Below, piece after piece: positions 48,601-61,903 of a DNA stretch of 64,000 nt (positions are counted from its first letter, which is position 1; every line of letters begins with the position of its first letter). Source of the DNA: Haliotis rufescens (lineage: Eukaryota). The translations under genes and the position numbers were made by a program. Where the stretch lies: contig NW_025964201.1 of NCBI RefSeq assembly GCF_023055435.1, forward strand, positions 2,542,001 to 2,606,000, read 5' to 3'. The notes beneath the pieces are model-generated. The model saw only the letters and a list, made by a program, of their open reading frames with translations. It ran no database searches and was not told where the DNA came from.

Positions 48601-51600
48601 ATACATGTAGCTCACATCGTCAGGGTGTCATATACATGTAGCTCACATAGTCAGGGTGTCAAATACATGTAGCTCACATCGTCAGGGGGTCATATACATG
48701 TAGCTCACATCGTCAGGGGGTCATATACATGTAGCTCACGTCGTCAGGGTGTCATATATATGTAGCTCACATCGTCAGGGGTCATATACATGTAGCTCAC
48801 ATCGTCAGAGCGTCATATACATGTAGCTCACATCGTCAGGGTGTCATATACATGTAGCTCACATCGTCAGGGGGTCATATACATGTAGCTCAGATCGTCA
48901 GTGGGTCATATTTATGTAGCTCACATCGTCAGGGTGTCAAATACATGTAGCTCACATCGTCAGGGGGTCATATACATGTAGCTCACATCGTCAGGGGGTC
49001 ATATACATGTAGCTCACATAGTCAGGGTGTCAAATACATGTAGCTCACATCGTCAGGGGTATATAAATGTAGCTCACATCGTCAGGGTGCCATATACATG
49101 TAGCTCATATCGTCAGGGGGTCATATACATGTAGCTCACATCGTCAGGGGGTCATATACATGTAGCTCAGATCGTCAGTGGGTCATATTTATGTAGCTCA
49201 CATCGTCAGGGTGTCAAATACATGTAGCTCACATCGTCAGGGGGTCATATACATGTAGCTCACATCGTCAGGGGGTCATATACATGTAGCTCACATAGTC
49301 AGGGTGTCAAATACATGTAGCTCACATCGTCAGGGGTATATAAATGTAGCTCACATCGTCAGGGTGCCATATACATGTAGCTCATATCGTCAGGGGGTCA
49401 TATACATGTAGCTCATATCGTCAGGGTGTCATATACATGTAGCTCACATCGTCAGGGGGTCATATACATGTAGCTCACATCGTCAGGGTGTCATATAAAT
49501 GTAGCTCACATCGTCAGGGTGTCATATACATGTAGCTCACATCGTCAGGGTGTCATATACATGTAGCTCACATCGTCAGGGGGTCATATACATGTAGCTC
49601 ACATCGTCAGGGGGTTATATACATGTAGCTCACATCGTCAGGGTGTCATATACATGTAGCTCATATCGTCAGGGTGTCATATACATGTAGCTCACATCGT
49701 CAGGGGGTCATATACATGTAGCTCACATCGTCAGAGCGTCATATACATGTAGCTCACATCGTCAGGGTGTCATATACATGTAGCTCACATCGTCAGGGGG
49801 TCATATACATGTAGTTCAGATCGGACAATAATACATCGTAAAGAAAATATCACAATATACTTAGGAACACGGGTATATAAGAGATAAAGGTTTCTGTACT
49901 CGTCACTAAGCTTAATGAGTTTAATTCAACATGTTATGATTTAATGTTCAAAATTTTAAGATTGGTAGATACAAACTTTTTGGAAGATATAAGTAGTTTC
50001 GATCGTTTAATGTAACTTTAAAGGCTTGTTCTGGTTTAGAAACTAACCGTAGAGTACTATTGTTTTACTTCTAAGTATACGTAACTATCCAACATATCCA
50101 ATAACACAATAGTGGAAGGATAATTTTAATTCCTAACCGTACTTTACTGTATATATCATTCATTCTCAGTGCAATTTATTCCTGATTTTGTTCAAGATTG
50201 GCCGCTGCTTGTGTAATATCTTCAGTAGTTTTGTCAGAATTTAAAAGATTACAGCTGTAGGAATGATTATTTGTTTCTTTTTCCTCATCACGTAGTCTAG
50301 TTTTTATTGTTTCGAAAATTTTCGTCAAGATATAAATATAAAATGTTCAATAAATTTATTCGGTATTGTATTATCATCTTTTGATTTGACTTTATTTAAA
50401 AACTTCTAAAAAGTCTTCAGGGGATATATTTTAATTTTGATGAAATATGTCTTGTAAGGTTTCTTTGTGTTGACGAATATATACTGAAGGCCAACGGAAA
50501 CTTTACCATTGTTTTAAATCCCTCTAGTTTTAAACCACAAAGATCGATGCATGAAGGAAATGTATTGAAAAGATCAAATCGGACGAGGAATGTCATCTGC
50601 GTAACGCTGAGCTGTCAAATGTTAACGGCGGCCAGCAGTGTTCTCTCCTGCCCACAAATTCCTCCGTCTTAGGACTAACAATGTTTACAGGTCTTTACAG
50701 TGTTGACACTACCCATAGTGTACAGTACATTCACCCTGTGCACTCAAAAGAACCCACTCGTCCGATGGCAGATGACCAGATGTTGGGAACATGAATACGT
50801 ACATACCCCCGAAACACAAGGGTCAAAACTTGTGGTGTCATCCTGGGCAAGTGATTTAGTTCAAATGTGCCTTTGGGAATTGGTACCCGATATGTAAATT
50901 GGATGTAAAAACCCTCAAGCGGCCGTAGGCAGTTTGGGTTGTATTCTCCCTTGGGAGTTGAGAATGATATCTGGAATACAAACGGATCAGCTGGTCGAGG
51001 AACAAAAAAAATATAAGAACCGGCTTTCAGCAGCGAAGACGACCATCTGCCAGTTACGTCGCTGCCAACGACATCTCGCTGTCCGGCCCATCTCAAACTA
51101 TGACGATGATGCTGCGCTGTCAATAATTGTTCTCAGCTGGGTCTGTAAGTCCTTACTCCTCGAGACCTGAGTCGACTGGCCACTGTCTGTCGATTTACCC
51201 TAAGACTTTCGTCGCTGATGACATCATTATCAGGAATCGATTCCGAAGATGCAAAGTACGCAAGTACCGGTCTTCATTGGGCGTAGTTACCCTAGGGTCT
51301 GCTTGTTCTTGGTCTGTCTGATGTCTGCCCGGTCTGTCTGTAACGTTTCATCAGGTTAGTTACAGCAACACGGGATCAACGAAAAGTTCTAGCAATGTGG
51401 GCATTGGTGGCTCCCATCTGTATCATACTCAGGTCCGCTCGCATTGTTCGGTTGTCAGTCGTGGCATCCCCTTGCGTTTTTCTTATCGGTGTGAGTGTCT
51501 CACATGCTGTCCGTATTATTTATATACCCTTGCACGTGTAGTTTCGGCTGCCCAAGTAGCACGTGTTTTTCACTTTATGGCATTTTTTACGAAAAATACA

Positions 51601-52914
51601 TGCCGTGGACGTGTATCAAATTCTGCACGGAGAAATGTTGTTTTTGGACGCAGTGTGAGTGTTTTTGAATTTTTGCAACTTTATTTTTAAAGCGTCATTT
51701 TTGGTCGTCAGTATCCTTATTATATACATACATCTTTTTATAAGCTTAGTTTCGTCCCGTGATAAGTGTACATTTGATGATGATTTGAATTATTAATTAT
51801 TCCTGTGAGAATCTCGCGTTTGGTATTTACAGATCAGCCATAAAAGATTTAGGTTCTAATTCAGATGTTACATGACTTTTATTCATTTCAAATACCTTGA
51901 TGACGTAATTGTCATACATTTTATAATCAGGGGCGTTAATTGTTCTGGCATGAAAATCTCCCATGTGTGTAACGAAGTCACGCTTAGTAAACATTAATTT
52001 TCTGATACAGACTTTTCAAATTCATAAAATGTAACCGCAGAGACATATTTAGATCATTCAGTGAGAATTGTATAAACCATTCCTGAATAAATGTCTTTAT
52101 CTAAATTAAAAGGGGTTTTGCATAGTTTAATCCACAATACAGTGTCACAAGATTCTTGTGTAAGTTCTTCACATTTTATATAGTAAGTGCTTCCTTACGC
52201 TCTCGGGGCCTGGACGTCAGCTGGCATTGCATACCACTCATATCAGTGCCGCTCTGTGATGACGTCACGGTTTCAAGAACATTGTATAAAAAAGTGTTAC
52301 ATTGTTCATATTTCTGCTCCGCTAATAGACTAACTGTTCAAATTGACTCCAGGAAACCCACATTTTCTAACTTTTCACAGTTAACTTTAACTTTAAGTGT
52401 TTCTCATTATAATAATTCAAGAAGCATTAGCTCCAAGATATGTTGTTAAATTTTAAACTATTGAAATCAGAAGAACGTCTTAATACTACAACGAATAACA
52501 GACCCGTGAAGATCCCGGGATAGAATAGGTCTTCTAAACCCATGCTTGCCGTAAAAGCGACTATGCTTGTCGTTAAAGGCGACTAACGGGATCGGGTGGT
52601 CAGGCTCGCTGACTTGGTTGATACATGTCATCGATCCCAATTGCGTGGATCGATGCTCATGCTGTCAATCACTGGATTGTCTGGTCAAGACTCGATTATT
52701 TACATACCGCAACTATATAGCTGGAATATTGCTGAGTGCGGCGTTAAACAAAACCAACCAACCAACAACGAATAACAGGATTATGTTTAGTATTCTATAT
52801 CCATGATAGCAAACAATCAAATGGTATATACTGAAAATGAAGAGATAAATATACACAAAACTCACCTTTTGTCGAAATCACCAAAAACGTAATGATGTTA
52901 AAAAACGTCAACAT
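42632..52914 (-). CDS. Gene 4: mucin-like single-pass membrane protein with tandem NxxY-repeat cytoplasmic tail (~563 aa; exons 52914-52866, 46913-46482, 44119-44035, 43757-42632)
   Basis: Signal-peptide exon MLTFFNIITFLVISTK (accATG, GTGAGT donor). 432-nt S/T-rich exon (GGTTSTLAPSSQSNGPTSTDSSSESSSS..TTETTSVT..). 85-nt TM exon PLITVVSAFVAAVVVITITIILIAM, the same length as the gene 3 TM exon. 1126-nt last exon with ISYNNL and 25-aa repeats. Total 1692 nt in frame, but this requires a GC donor at 44034-44033; additional exons between 46914 and 52865 cannot be excluded. Confidence 0.72.
42771..43480 (-). repeat. Coding 75-bp VNTR (9.5 units, MVDNDLYDTGSNPAQSVVKPHSKVQ) in the gene 4 tail
   Basis: Period 75 (42771, 42846, 42921...), no indels or stops, embedded in unique in-frame sequence. 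Confidence 0.92.
44288..44545 (+). mobile_element. SINE family D
   Basis: Homologous to the outer element at 40557-41046. Confidence 0.78.
44635..46470. repeat. 56-bp minisatellite (~32 units) derived from the gene 4 mucin-exon donor junction
   Basis: GTCTGTTCCCTGACGTGGGGTGAGGGTGGGAATACAAGTGGTGCCCCCATCGTTAT in tandem; aligns to 46460-46510. Confidence 0.93.
47195..49822. repeat. 31-bp minisatellite (~84 units)
   Basis: GTAGCTCACATCGTCAGGG(T/G)GTCATATACAT in tandem. Confidence 0.95.
50482..51713 (-). mobile_element. Degenerate Tc1-family element, same family as 20593-21640
   Basis: Left end CTGAAGGCCAACGGAAACTTTACCA matches the TIR at ~21613-21640; remnant LTAQHHRHSLRWA matches LTAQHRRLRLRWA; right end TTTTTGGTCGTCAGTA. 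Confidence 0.7.
52500..52767 (+). mobile_element. Family C repeat, full length
   Basis: GACCCGTGAAGATCCCGGGATAGAATAGGTCTTC head; GCTGGAATATTGCTGAGTGCGGCGTTAAAC + (AACC)n tail. Confidence 0.82.
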
Positions 52915-53299
52915 GGTTTGCCTTTGAGCACATCAAAGTGTTGTAAAGTATTTTTGGTTGTAGAGGACAAACAATTTATCACGTTAGACGAGGTCCGGGG
53001 ATGAGGCGCTCAACAATGTAGCAACTGACTATTGTTTGGTCATACGATGCAGCTGGTATAGTGTTTCTGTCATTCGATCACACTTGTCTACCCACGACCC
53101 TGGACACCCTACAATCACTGCATATCCGCCTCAATGGGTGGTGTACTCACAGTCATCAAACCCTGACTGGGCAGTCGTTCCCCACTCTTCCTCGTCACGC
53201 GGTGCCCCATAAAACACTTGACTTTCAGCTAATTATCGGAGTTATGGCTCTATTTTAGTTTGTGAATATAATGAATCAAAAGCATAATTATGTCCTCAA

Positions 53300-55812
53300 T
53301 AGTGAGGTTATAGGTAAAGCGTATGGTGTGTAGTTAAAGCTTGTAGTGTAGAGGTAAAGTTTTTAGCGTAGAGGTAAATGTTATAGGGAAGATAAAAGAT
53401 TATAGTGTAGAGGTAAAGCTTGTAGTGTAGAGGTAAAGATTATAGTGTAGAGGTAAAGCTTGTAGTGTAGAGGTAAAGCTTGTAGTGTAGAGGTAAAGCT
53501 TAAAGTGTAGAGGTAAAGCTTAAAGTGTAGAGGTAAAGATTATAGTGTAGAGGTAAAGCTTGTAGTGTAGAGGTAAAGATTATAGTGTAGAGGTTAAGAT
53601 TATAGTGTAGAGGTAAGGCTTGTAATGTAGATGTAAAGTTTATAGTTTTGAGGTTAAGCCTTTGGTGTTGGGGTAAAGCTTATAGTGTAGAGGTAAAGCT
53701 TGTAGTGTAGAGGTAAAGATTATAGTGTAGAGGTAAGCTTATAGTGTAGAGGTAAAGATTATAGTGTAGAGGTAAGCTTATAGTGTAGAGGTAAAGATTA
53801 TAGTGTAGAGTTAAGGCTTGTAGTGTAGAGGTAAGCTTATAGTGTAGAGGTAAAGATTAAAGTGTAGAGGTTAAGATTATAGTGTAGAGGTAAGGCTTGT
53901 AATGTAGATGTAAAGTTGATAGTTTTGAGGTTAAGCCTTTGGTGTTGGGGTAAAGCTTATAGTGTAGAGGTAAAGCTTGTAGTGTAGAGGTAAAGATTAT
54001 AGTGTAGAGGTAAGCTTATAGTGTAGAGGTAAAGATTATAGTGTAGAGGTAAAGATTATAGTGTAGAGGTAAAGATTATAGTGTAGAGGTAAAGCTTGTA
54101 GTGTAGAGGTAAAGATTATAGTGTAGAGGTTAAGATTATAGTGTAGAGGTAAGGCTTGTAATGTAGATGTAAGGTTTATAGTTTTGAGGTTAAGCCTTTG
54201 GTGTTGGGGTAAAGCTTATAGTGTAGAGGTAAAGCTTGTAGTGTAGAGGTAAAGATTATAGTGTAGAGGTAAGCTTATAGTGTAGAGGTAAAGGTTATAG
54301 TGTAGAGGTAAGCTTATAGTGTAGAGGTAAAGATTATAGTGTAGAGTTAAGGCTTGTAGTGTAGAGGTATAGTTTGTAGTGTAGAGGTAAAGCGTGTAGT
54401 GTAGAGGTAAAGGTTATAGTGTAGAGGTAAAGATTATAGTGTAGAGTTAAGGCTTGTAGTGTAGATGTTAAGCTTATAGTGTAGATGTAAAGTTTATAGT
54501 TTGGAGGTAAAACGTTTGGTGTTCGGGTAAATATTTTAGTGTAGAGGTAATGATTATAGTGTAGCGGTAAAGCTTGTAGTATAGATGTTAAGCTTATAGT
54601 GTAGATACAAAGCTAATAGTGAAGATGTTAAGCTTATAGTGTACATGTAAAGCTTTAAGAGCAGATTCAAGTTTATAGTGAAAATGTAAAGCTTATAGTG
54701 AAGATGTAAAGCTTATAGTGTAGATTAGAGCCTTTAGTGCAGATATAATGCTTATAGTGAAGATTTAAAGCTTATACTGCAGATTTTAAGCTTATAGTGT
54801 AGAGGTAAAGCTTACAGTGTAAAGGTAAAGCTTGTAGTGTAGATGTTAAGCTTATAGTGCAGATGTTAAGCTTATAGTGTAAATATAAAGCTTGTAGTGT
54901 AGAGGTAAAGCTTATAGTGCAGATGTTAAGCTGATAGTGTAGATGTAAAGCTTGTAGTGTAAATATAAAGCTTGTAGTGCAGATGTTAAGCTTAAAGTGT
55001 AGAGGTAAAGCTTATAGTGTAGAGGTAAGCTTGTAGTGTAGAGGTAAAGATTATAGTGTAGAGGTAAAGATTATAGTGTAGAGGTAAGGCTTGTAGTGTA
55101 GAGGCAAAGCTTAAAGTGTAGAGGTAAAGATTATAGTGTAGAGGTAAAGATTATAGTGTAGAGGTAAAGCTTGTAGTGTAGAGGTAAAGATTATAGTGTA
55201 GAGGTAAAGATTATAGTGTAGAGGTAAAGCTTGTAGTGTAGAGGTAAAGATTATAGTGTAGAGGTTAAGATTATAGTGTAGAGGTAAGGCTTGTAATGTA
55301 GATGTAAAGTTTATAGTTTGGAGGTGAAGCGTTTGGTGTTGGGGTAAAGCTTATAGTGTAGAGGTAAAGCTTGTAGTGTAGAGGTAAAGCTTAAAGTGTA
55401 GAGGTAAAGATTATAGTGTAGAGGTAAAGATTATAGTGTAGAGGTAAAGCTTGTAGTGTAGAGGTAAAGATTATAGTGTAGAGGTAAAGATTATAGTGTA
55501 GAGGTAAAGCTTGTAGTGTAGAGGTAAAGATTATAGTGTAGAGGTTAAGATTATAGTGTAGAGGTAAGGCTTGTAATGTAGATGTAAAGTTTATAGTTTT
55601 GAGGTTAAGCCTTTGGTGTTGGGGTAAAGCTTATAGTGTAGAGGTAAAGCTTGTAGTGTAGAGGTAAAGATTATAGTGTAGAGGTAAGCTTATAGTGTAG
55701 AGGTAAAGATTATAGTGTAGAGGTAAGCTTATAGTGTAGAGGTAAAGATTATAGTGTAGAGTTAAGGCTTGTAGTGTAGAGGTAAGCTTATAGTGTAGAG
55801 GTAAAGATTAAA
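53300..55812. repeat. 19-20-bp minisatellite (~125 units) with higher-order blocks
   Basis: TAGTGTAGAGGTAAAG(A/C)TT(A/G); the variant block AATGTAGATGTAAAG..TTTGGTGTTGGGG recurs five times. Confidence 0.95.
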
Positions 55813-56288
55813 GTCAGGAACAACACTGACAGCTGAGTGACGGTAGTCATTGCCCGGTACCAGCACACTACCGAGAAGATCTCCTTACTGTCAGGAACAA
55901 CACAGACAGCTGAGTGACGGTTGTCATTCCCCGGTACCAGCACACACCCGAGAAGATCTCCCTACTGTCAGGAACAACACAGACAGCTGAGTGACGGTAG
56001 TCATTTCCCGGTACCAGCACAATACCGAGAAGATCTCTTTATTGTCAGGAACAACACTGACAGCTGAGTGACGGTAGTCATTGCCGGTACCAGCACACTA
56101 CCGAGAAGATATCCTTACTGTCAGGGACAACACTGACAGCTGAGTGACGGTAGTCATTCCCCGGTACGAGCACACTACCGAGAAGATCTCCTTACTGTCA
56201 GGGACAACACTGACAGCTGAGTGACGGTAGTCATTGCCCGGTACCAGCACACTACCGAGAAGATCTCCTTACTGTCAGGAACAACACA
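55813..56288. repeat. 77-bp tandem repeat (6 units)
   Basis: GTCAGGAACAACACTGACAGCTGAGTGACGGTAGTCATTGCCCGGTACCAGCACACTACCGAGAAGATCTCCTTACT. Confidence 0.93.
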
Positions 56289-56605
56289 GGCGCCTTGACC
56301 AACAACTTCGGACGGAAAGTCTGATGGTGCTTTGTAACAACTAATAGTTCAAATACCATCATTTGATGAAGAAGGTGTCTTCCGAACATCCTCTCTAAGT
56401 AAGTCACAGTGACAACGCGACGTTAACCATTTTCATCAAAACCTGGACTTCAAAATGTCCGACACGAAAAACGTAACGGTATTTCCGAATCAGTTCATGA
56501 AGCTGCGGTGATGACAACTGTTAGCCAATCATTGAAAGGTGATCGTGATGATGTGTCAAATTCATAGACTGATATGGACTGTCGTTGCAGGTCTAGACAC
56601 GGGTT

Positions 56606-56924
56606 GACCTCCTCGGTGGTCTAGTGGTAGAGCGTCCACCCGGAGAGAGGAAGGTTCGGGGTTCTCCAAAAGGCGCTAAAATATGGCACTTGTTGTTACC
56701 CTGCATGACGCTCGGCATTACAGTGCTAAAACAAGGACTGGTCGGCTCGGAGTCAGTATTCCGTGTCTGAGTCGGGTATTCATTAATAAAACATCGTATC
56801 TCAGTGGGCTAGCACTATAAAATCGACTTTTGTCTCGACTAATACAAGCAGCCATACGCGCGCTTGCACGTCGCTATATAAGTGCAATAATCTTGGACGC
56901 GACGTTAAACCCCGTTTCACCTCA
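56606..56924 (+). mobile_element. SINE family B, near full length
   Basis: A box TGGTCTAGTGG, degenerate B box, body matches 988-1316. Confidence 0.8.
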
Positions 56925-57319
56925 ACGGATCGAGTCAACACTACTAAAGTTTGGATGTGCATTTCGTCGTTTTGTTCACTACGATGGGTCGTAGCGATGA
57001 TATTCTTGAATGATCATGCAGTAAAACTCCTTGATTTTTCTCAATATATGCTAAATGCTAAGTTCAGGATTAAAGGGTCTGAATGTTCAAAAACAACGCT
57101 TGTGTATGTGTTCGTGTTTGGGAATTCCCAGGGTTTCCCAAAGGGATGTGGAAGTTGTCAGTCAGTGTTTACGTCATTTCAAGAATACATTCTCGTGAAA
57201 AGGTACTGACGACAAATTGTCGTTCTATGTGACTAGCCTCTCGTCCAATCGAAAACCGAATACCATTTAAACATTAAATACGTATTGCATTATGATTACG
57301 CGCAAATATGAGCCCTAAT

Positions 57320-60300
57320 ACATAAAGACTATCACAAGTAAGCTTTGACACATAATGACCAGTAGAAGTAAGCCCTGACACACACTGACCGGTACAAGTA
57401 AGCCCTGACACAGCAAGACTGGTAGAAGTAAGCCCTGACACAGCATGACCGTTACAAGTAAGCCCTGAGACAACATGACCGGTACAAGTAAGCCCTGACA
57501 CAGCATGACCGGCAGATGTAAGCCCTAACACATACTGACCGGTAGAAGTAAGCCCTGACACAGCAAGACTGGTAGAAGTAAGCCCTGACACGGAATGACT
57601 GGTACAAGTAAGCCCTGACACAGCATGACCGTTACAAGTAAGCCCTGAGACAACATGACCGGTACAAGTAAGCCCTGACACAGCATGACCGGTAGAAGTA
57701 CGCCCTGACACAACATGACCGGTAGAAGTAGGCCCTGACACAACATGACCGGTACAAGTAAGCCCTGACACAACATGACCGGTAGAAGTACGCCCTGACA
57801 CAGCATGACCGGTACAAGTGAGCCCTGACACAACATGACCGGTACAAGTAAGCCCTGACACAAACTGACCGGTAGAAGTAAGCCCTGACACAACATGACC
57901 GGTAGAAGTAAGCCCTGACACAGCATGACCGGTACAAGTAAGCCCTGACACAAACTGACCGGTAGAAGTAAGCCCTGACACAACATGACCGGTAGAAGTA
58001 AGCCCTGACACAGCATGACCGGTACAAGTGAGCCCTGACACAACATGACCGGTACAAGTAAGCCCTGACACAGCATGACCGGTAGAAGTAAGCCCTGACA
58101 CAGCATGACCGGTACAAGTGAGCCCTGACACAACATGACCGGTAGAAGTAAGCCCTGACACAGCAGGACTGGTAGGAGTAAGCCCTGACACAGCATGACT
58201 GGTATAAGTAAGCCCTGACACAGCATGACCGGTACAAGTAAGCCCTGACACACCATGGCCGGTAAAAGCAAACCCTGACACAGCATGACTGGTACAAGTA
58301 AGCCCTGACACAGCAGGACTGGTACAAGTAAGCCCTGACACAGCAGGACTGGTAGAAGTAAGCCCTGACACAGCATGACTGGTATAAGTAAGCCCTAATA
58401 CAACATGACCGGTACAAGTAAGCCCTGACACAAACTGACCGGTACAAGTAAGCCCTGACACAAACTGACCGGTACAAGTAAGCCCTGACACAAACTGACC
58501 GGTAGAAGTAAGCCCTAATACAACATGACCGGTACAAGTAAGCCCTGACACTGCATGACCGGTACAAGTAAGCCCTGACACAAACTGACCGGTAGAAGTA
58601 AGCCCTGACACAAACTGACCGGTAGAAGTAAGCCCTGACACAAACTGACCGGAACAAGTAAGCCCTGACACGGAATGACTGGTACAAGTAAGCCCTGACA
58701 CACCATGGCCGGTAAAAGCAAGCCCTGACACAACATGACTGGTACAAGTAAGCCCTAATACAACATAACCGGTACAAGTAAGCCCTGACACTGCATGACC
58801 GGTACAAGTAAGCCCTGACACAACATGACCGGTAGAAGTAAGCCCTGATATACACTGAGTGGTACAAGTAAGCCCTGACACAAACTGACCGGTAGAAGTA
58901 CGCCCTGATACAACATGACCCGTAGAGGTATGCCCTGACACATACTGATCGGCAGAAGTAAGCCCTGACACATACTGACCGGTAGTAATAAGCCCTGACA
59001 CAACATGACCGGTACAAGTAAGCCCTGTCACACACTGACCGGTACAAGTAAGCCCTGACACATACTGAGTGGTAGAAGTAAGCCCTGACACATACTGACC
59101 GGTAGTAATAAGCCCTGACACAACATGACTGGTACAAGTAAGCCCTGTCACACACTGACCGGTACAAGTAAGCCCTGACACAGCATGACTGGTAGAAGTA
59201 AGCCCTGACACATACTGATCGGTAGAAGTAGGCCCTGACACATACTGACCGGTAGTAATAAGCCCTGACTCAACATGATCGGTAAAAGCAAGCCCTGACA
59301 CACACTAACCGGTACAAGTAAGCCCTGACACAAATTGACCGGTAGAAGTAAGCCCTGACACACCATGGCCGGTAAAAGCAAGCCCTGACACAACATGACC
59401 GGTAGAAGTAAGCCCTGACACAAACTGACCGGTAGAAGTAAGCCCTGACACAACATGACCGGCACAAGTAAGCCCTGACACAACATGACCGGTAGAAGTA
59501 AGCCCTGACACAAACTGACCGGAACAAGTAAGCCCTGACACAACATGACCGGTAGAAGTACGCCCTGACACAACATGACTGGTACAAGTAAGCCCTAATA
59601 CAACATGACCGGTACAAGTAAACCCTGACACAAACTGACCGGTAGAAGTACGCCCTGACACAACATGACCGGTAGAAGTAGGCCCTGATAAAACATGACC
59701 GGTACAAGTACGCCCTGACACAAACTGACCGTTAGAAGTACTCCCTGACACATACTGACCGGCGGAAGAAAGCCCTGACACAGCATGACTGGTAGAAGTA
59801 AGCCCTGACACACACTAACCAGTTCAAGTAAGCCCTGGCAGAGCATGACTGGTAGAAGTTAGACCTGACACATACAAACTTGCTGAAGTAAGCCCTGACA
59901 CAGCATGACTGGTAGAAGTAAGCCCTGACACATACTGACCGGTAGAAGTAAGCCCGGACACAACATGACTAGTAGAAGTACGCCTTGACACAACATGACC
60001 GGTACAAGTAAGCCCTGACACAACATCACTGGTAGAAGTATGCCCTGACACAGCATGACCGGTAGAAGTACGCCCTGACACAACATGACCGGTAGAAGTA
60101 AGCCCGGACACAACATGACCGGTAGAAGTAAGCCCTGACACACTAACCGGTACAAGTAAGCACTGACACAACATGACCGTTTCAAGTAAGCCCTGGCACA
60201 TACTGACCGGTAGAAGTAAGCCCTGACACAACATGACTAGTAGAAGTACGCCTTGACACAACATGACCGGTAGAAGAACGCCCTGACACAACATGACTGG

Positions 60301-61903
60301 TAGAAGTATGCCCTGACACAGCATGACCGGTAGAAGTACGCCCCGACACAACATGACCGGTAGAAGTACGCCCTGACACAACATGACCGGTAGAAGTACG
60401 CCCTCACACAGCATGACCGGTACAAGTAAGCCCTGACACACCATGAATGGTATAAGTAAGCCCTGACACAACATGACCGGCAGATGTAAGCCCTGACACA
60501 GCATGACCGGTAGACATACGCCCTGACACAACATGACCGGTAGAAGTAAGCCCTGACACAACATGACCGGTAGAAGTACGCCCTGACACAACATGACCGG
60601 TAGAAGTACGCCCTGACACAGCATGACCGGTACAAGTAAGCCCTGACACAGCATGACCGGCAGATGTAAGCCCTGACACAGCATGACCGGTAGACATACG
60701 CCCTGACACAACATGACCGGTAGAAGTACGCCCTGACACAACATGACTGGTATAAGTAAGCCCTGACACAGCACGACCGGCAGATGTAAGCCCTGACACA
60801 GCATGACCGGTAGACTTACGCCCTGACACAGCATGACCGGCAGATGTAAGCCCTGACACAGCATGACCGGTACAAGTAAGCCCTGACACAACATGACCGG
60901 TAGAAGTACGCCCTGACACAACATGACCGGTAGAAATACGCCCTGACACAGCATGACCGGTAGGAGTAAGCCCTGACACAACATGACCGGTAGAAGTACG
61001 CCCTGACACAACATGACCGGTAGAAGTATGCCCTGACACAATATGACCGCCAGAAGTACGCCCTGACACAACATGACTGGTATAAGTAAGCCCTGACACA
61101 GCCTGACCGGCAGATGTAAGCTATGACAGCATGACCGGTAGAAGTATGCCCTGACACAACATGACCGGTAGAAGTATGCCCTGACACAGCATGACCGATA
61201 GAAGTAAGCCCTGACACAGCATGACCGGCAGATGTAAGCCCTGACACAGCATGACCGTTAGACGTACGCCCTGACACAACATGACCGGTAGAAGAGCGCC
61301 CTGACACAACATGACGGGTAGTAATAAGCCCTGACACAGCACGACCGGCAGATGTAAGCCCTGACACAGCATGACCGGCAGATGTAAGCCCTGACACAGC
61401 ATGACCGGTACAGGTAAGCCCTGACACAACATGACCGGTAGAAGTACGCCCTGACACAACATGACCGGTAGAAGTACGCCCTGACACAACATGACCGGTA
61501 GAAGTAGGCCCTGACACAACATGACCGGTACAAGTAAGCCCTGACACAACATGACCGGTAGAAGTACGCCCTGACACAACATGACCGGTAGAAGTACGCC
61601 CTGACACAACATGACCGGTACAAGTAAGCCCTGACACAACATGACCGGCAGATGTAAGCCCTGACACAGCATGACCGGTAGAAGTATGCCCTGACACAGC
61701 ATGACAAGTAGAAGTATGGCCTGACACAACATGACCGGTAGAAGTACGCCCTGACACACACTTACCGGTAGAAGTACGCCCTGACACAACATGACTGGTA
61801 GAAGTATGCCCTAACACAACATGACCGGTAGAAGTACGCCCTGAAACATACTGACCGGTAGAAGTACGCCCTGAAACAACATGACCGGTAGAAGTAAGCT
61901 CTG
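57320..61903. repeat. 30-bp minisatellite (~150 units)
   Basis: GTAAGCCCTGACACAACATGACCGGTAGAA in tandem; 2-nt deletions near 60140 and 61125. Confidence 0.96.

Noticed and set aside
49860-50440. AT-rich, possibly LINE-derived remnant
   Set aside because: Only vague, heavily interrupted similarity; it cannot be supported without a database search.
55813-56288. Regular repeats here and elsewhere as CRISPR arrays
   Set aside because: Head-to-tail units without unique spacers, no cas genes, eukaryotic context.
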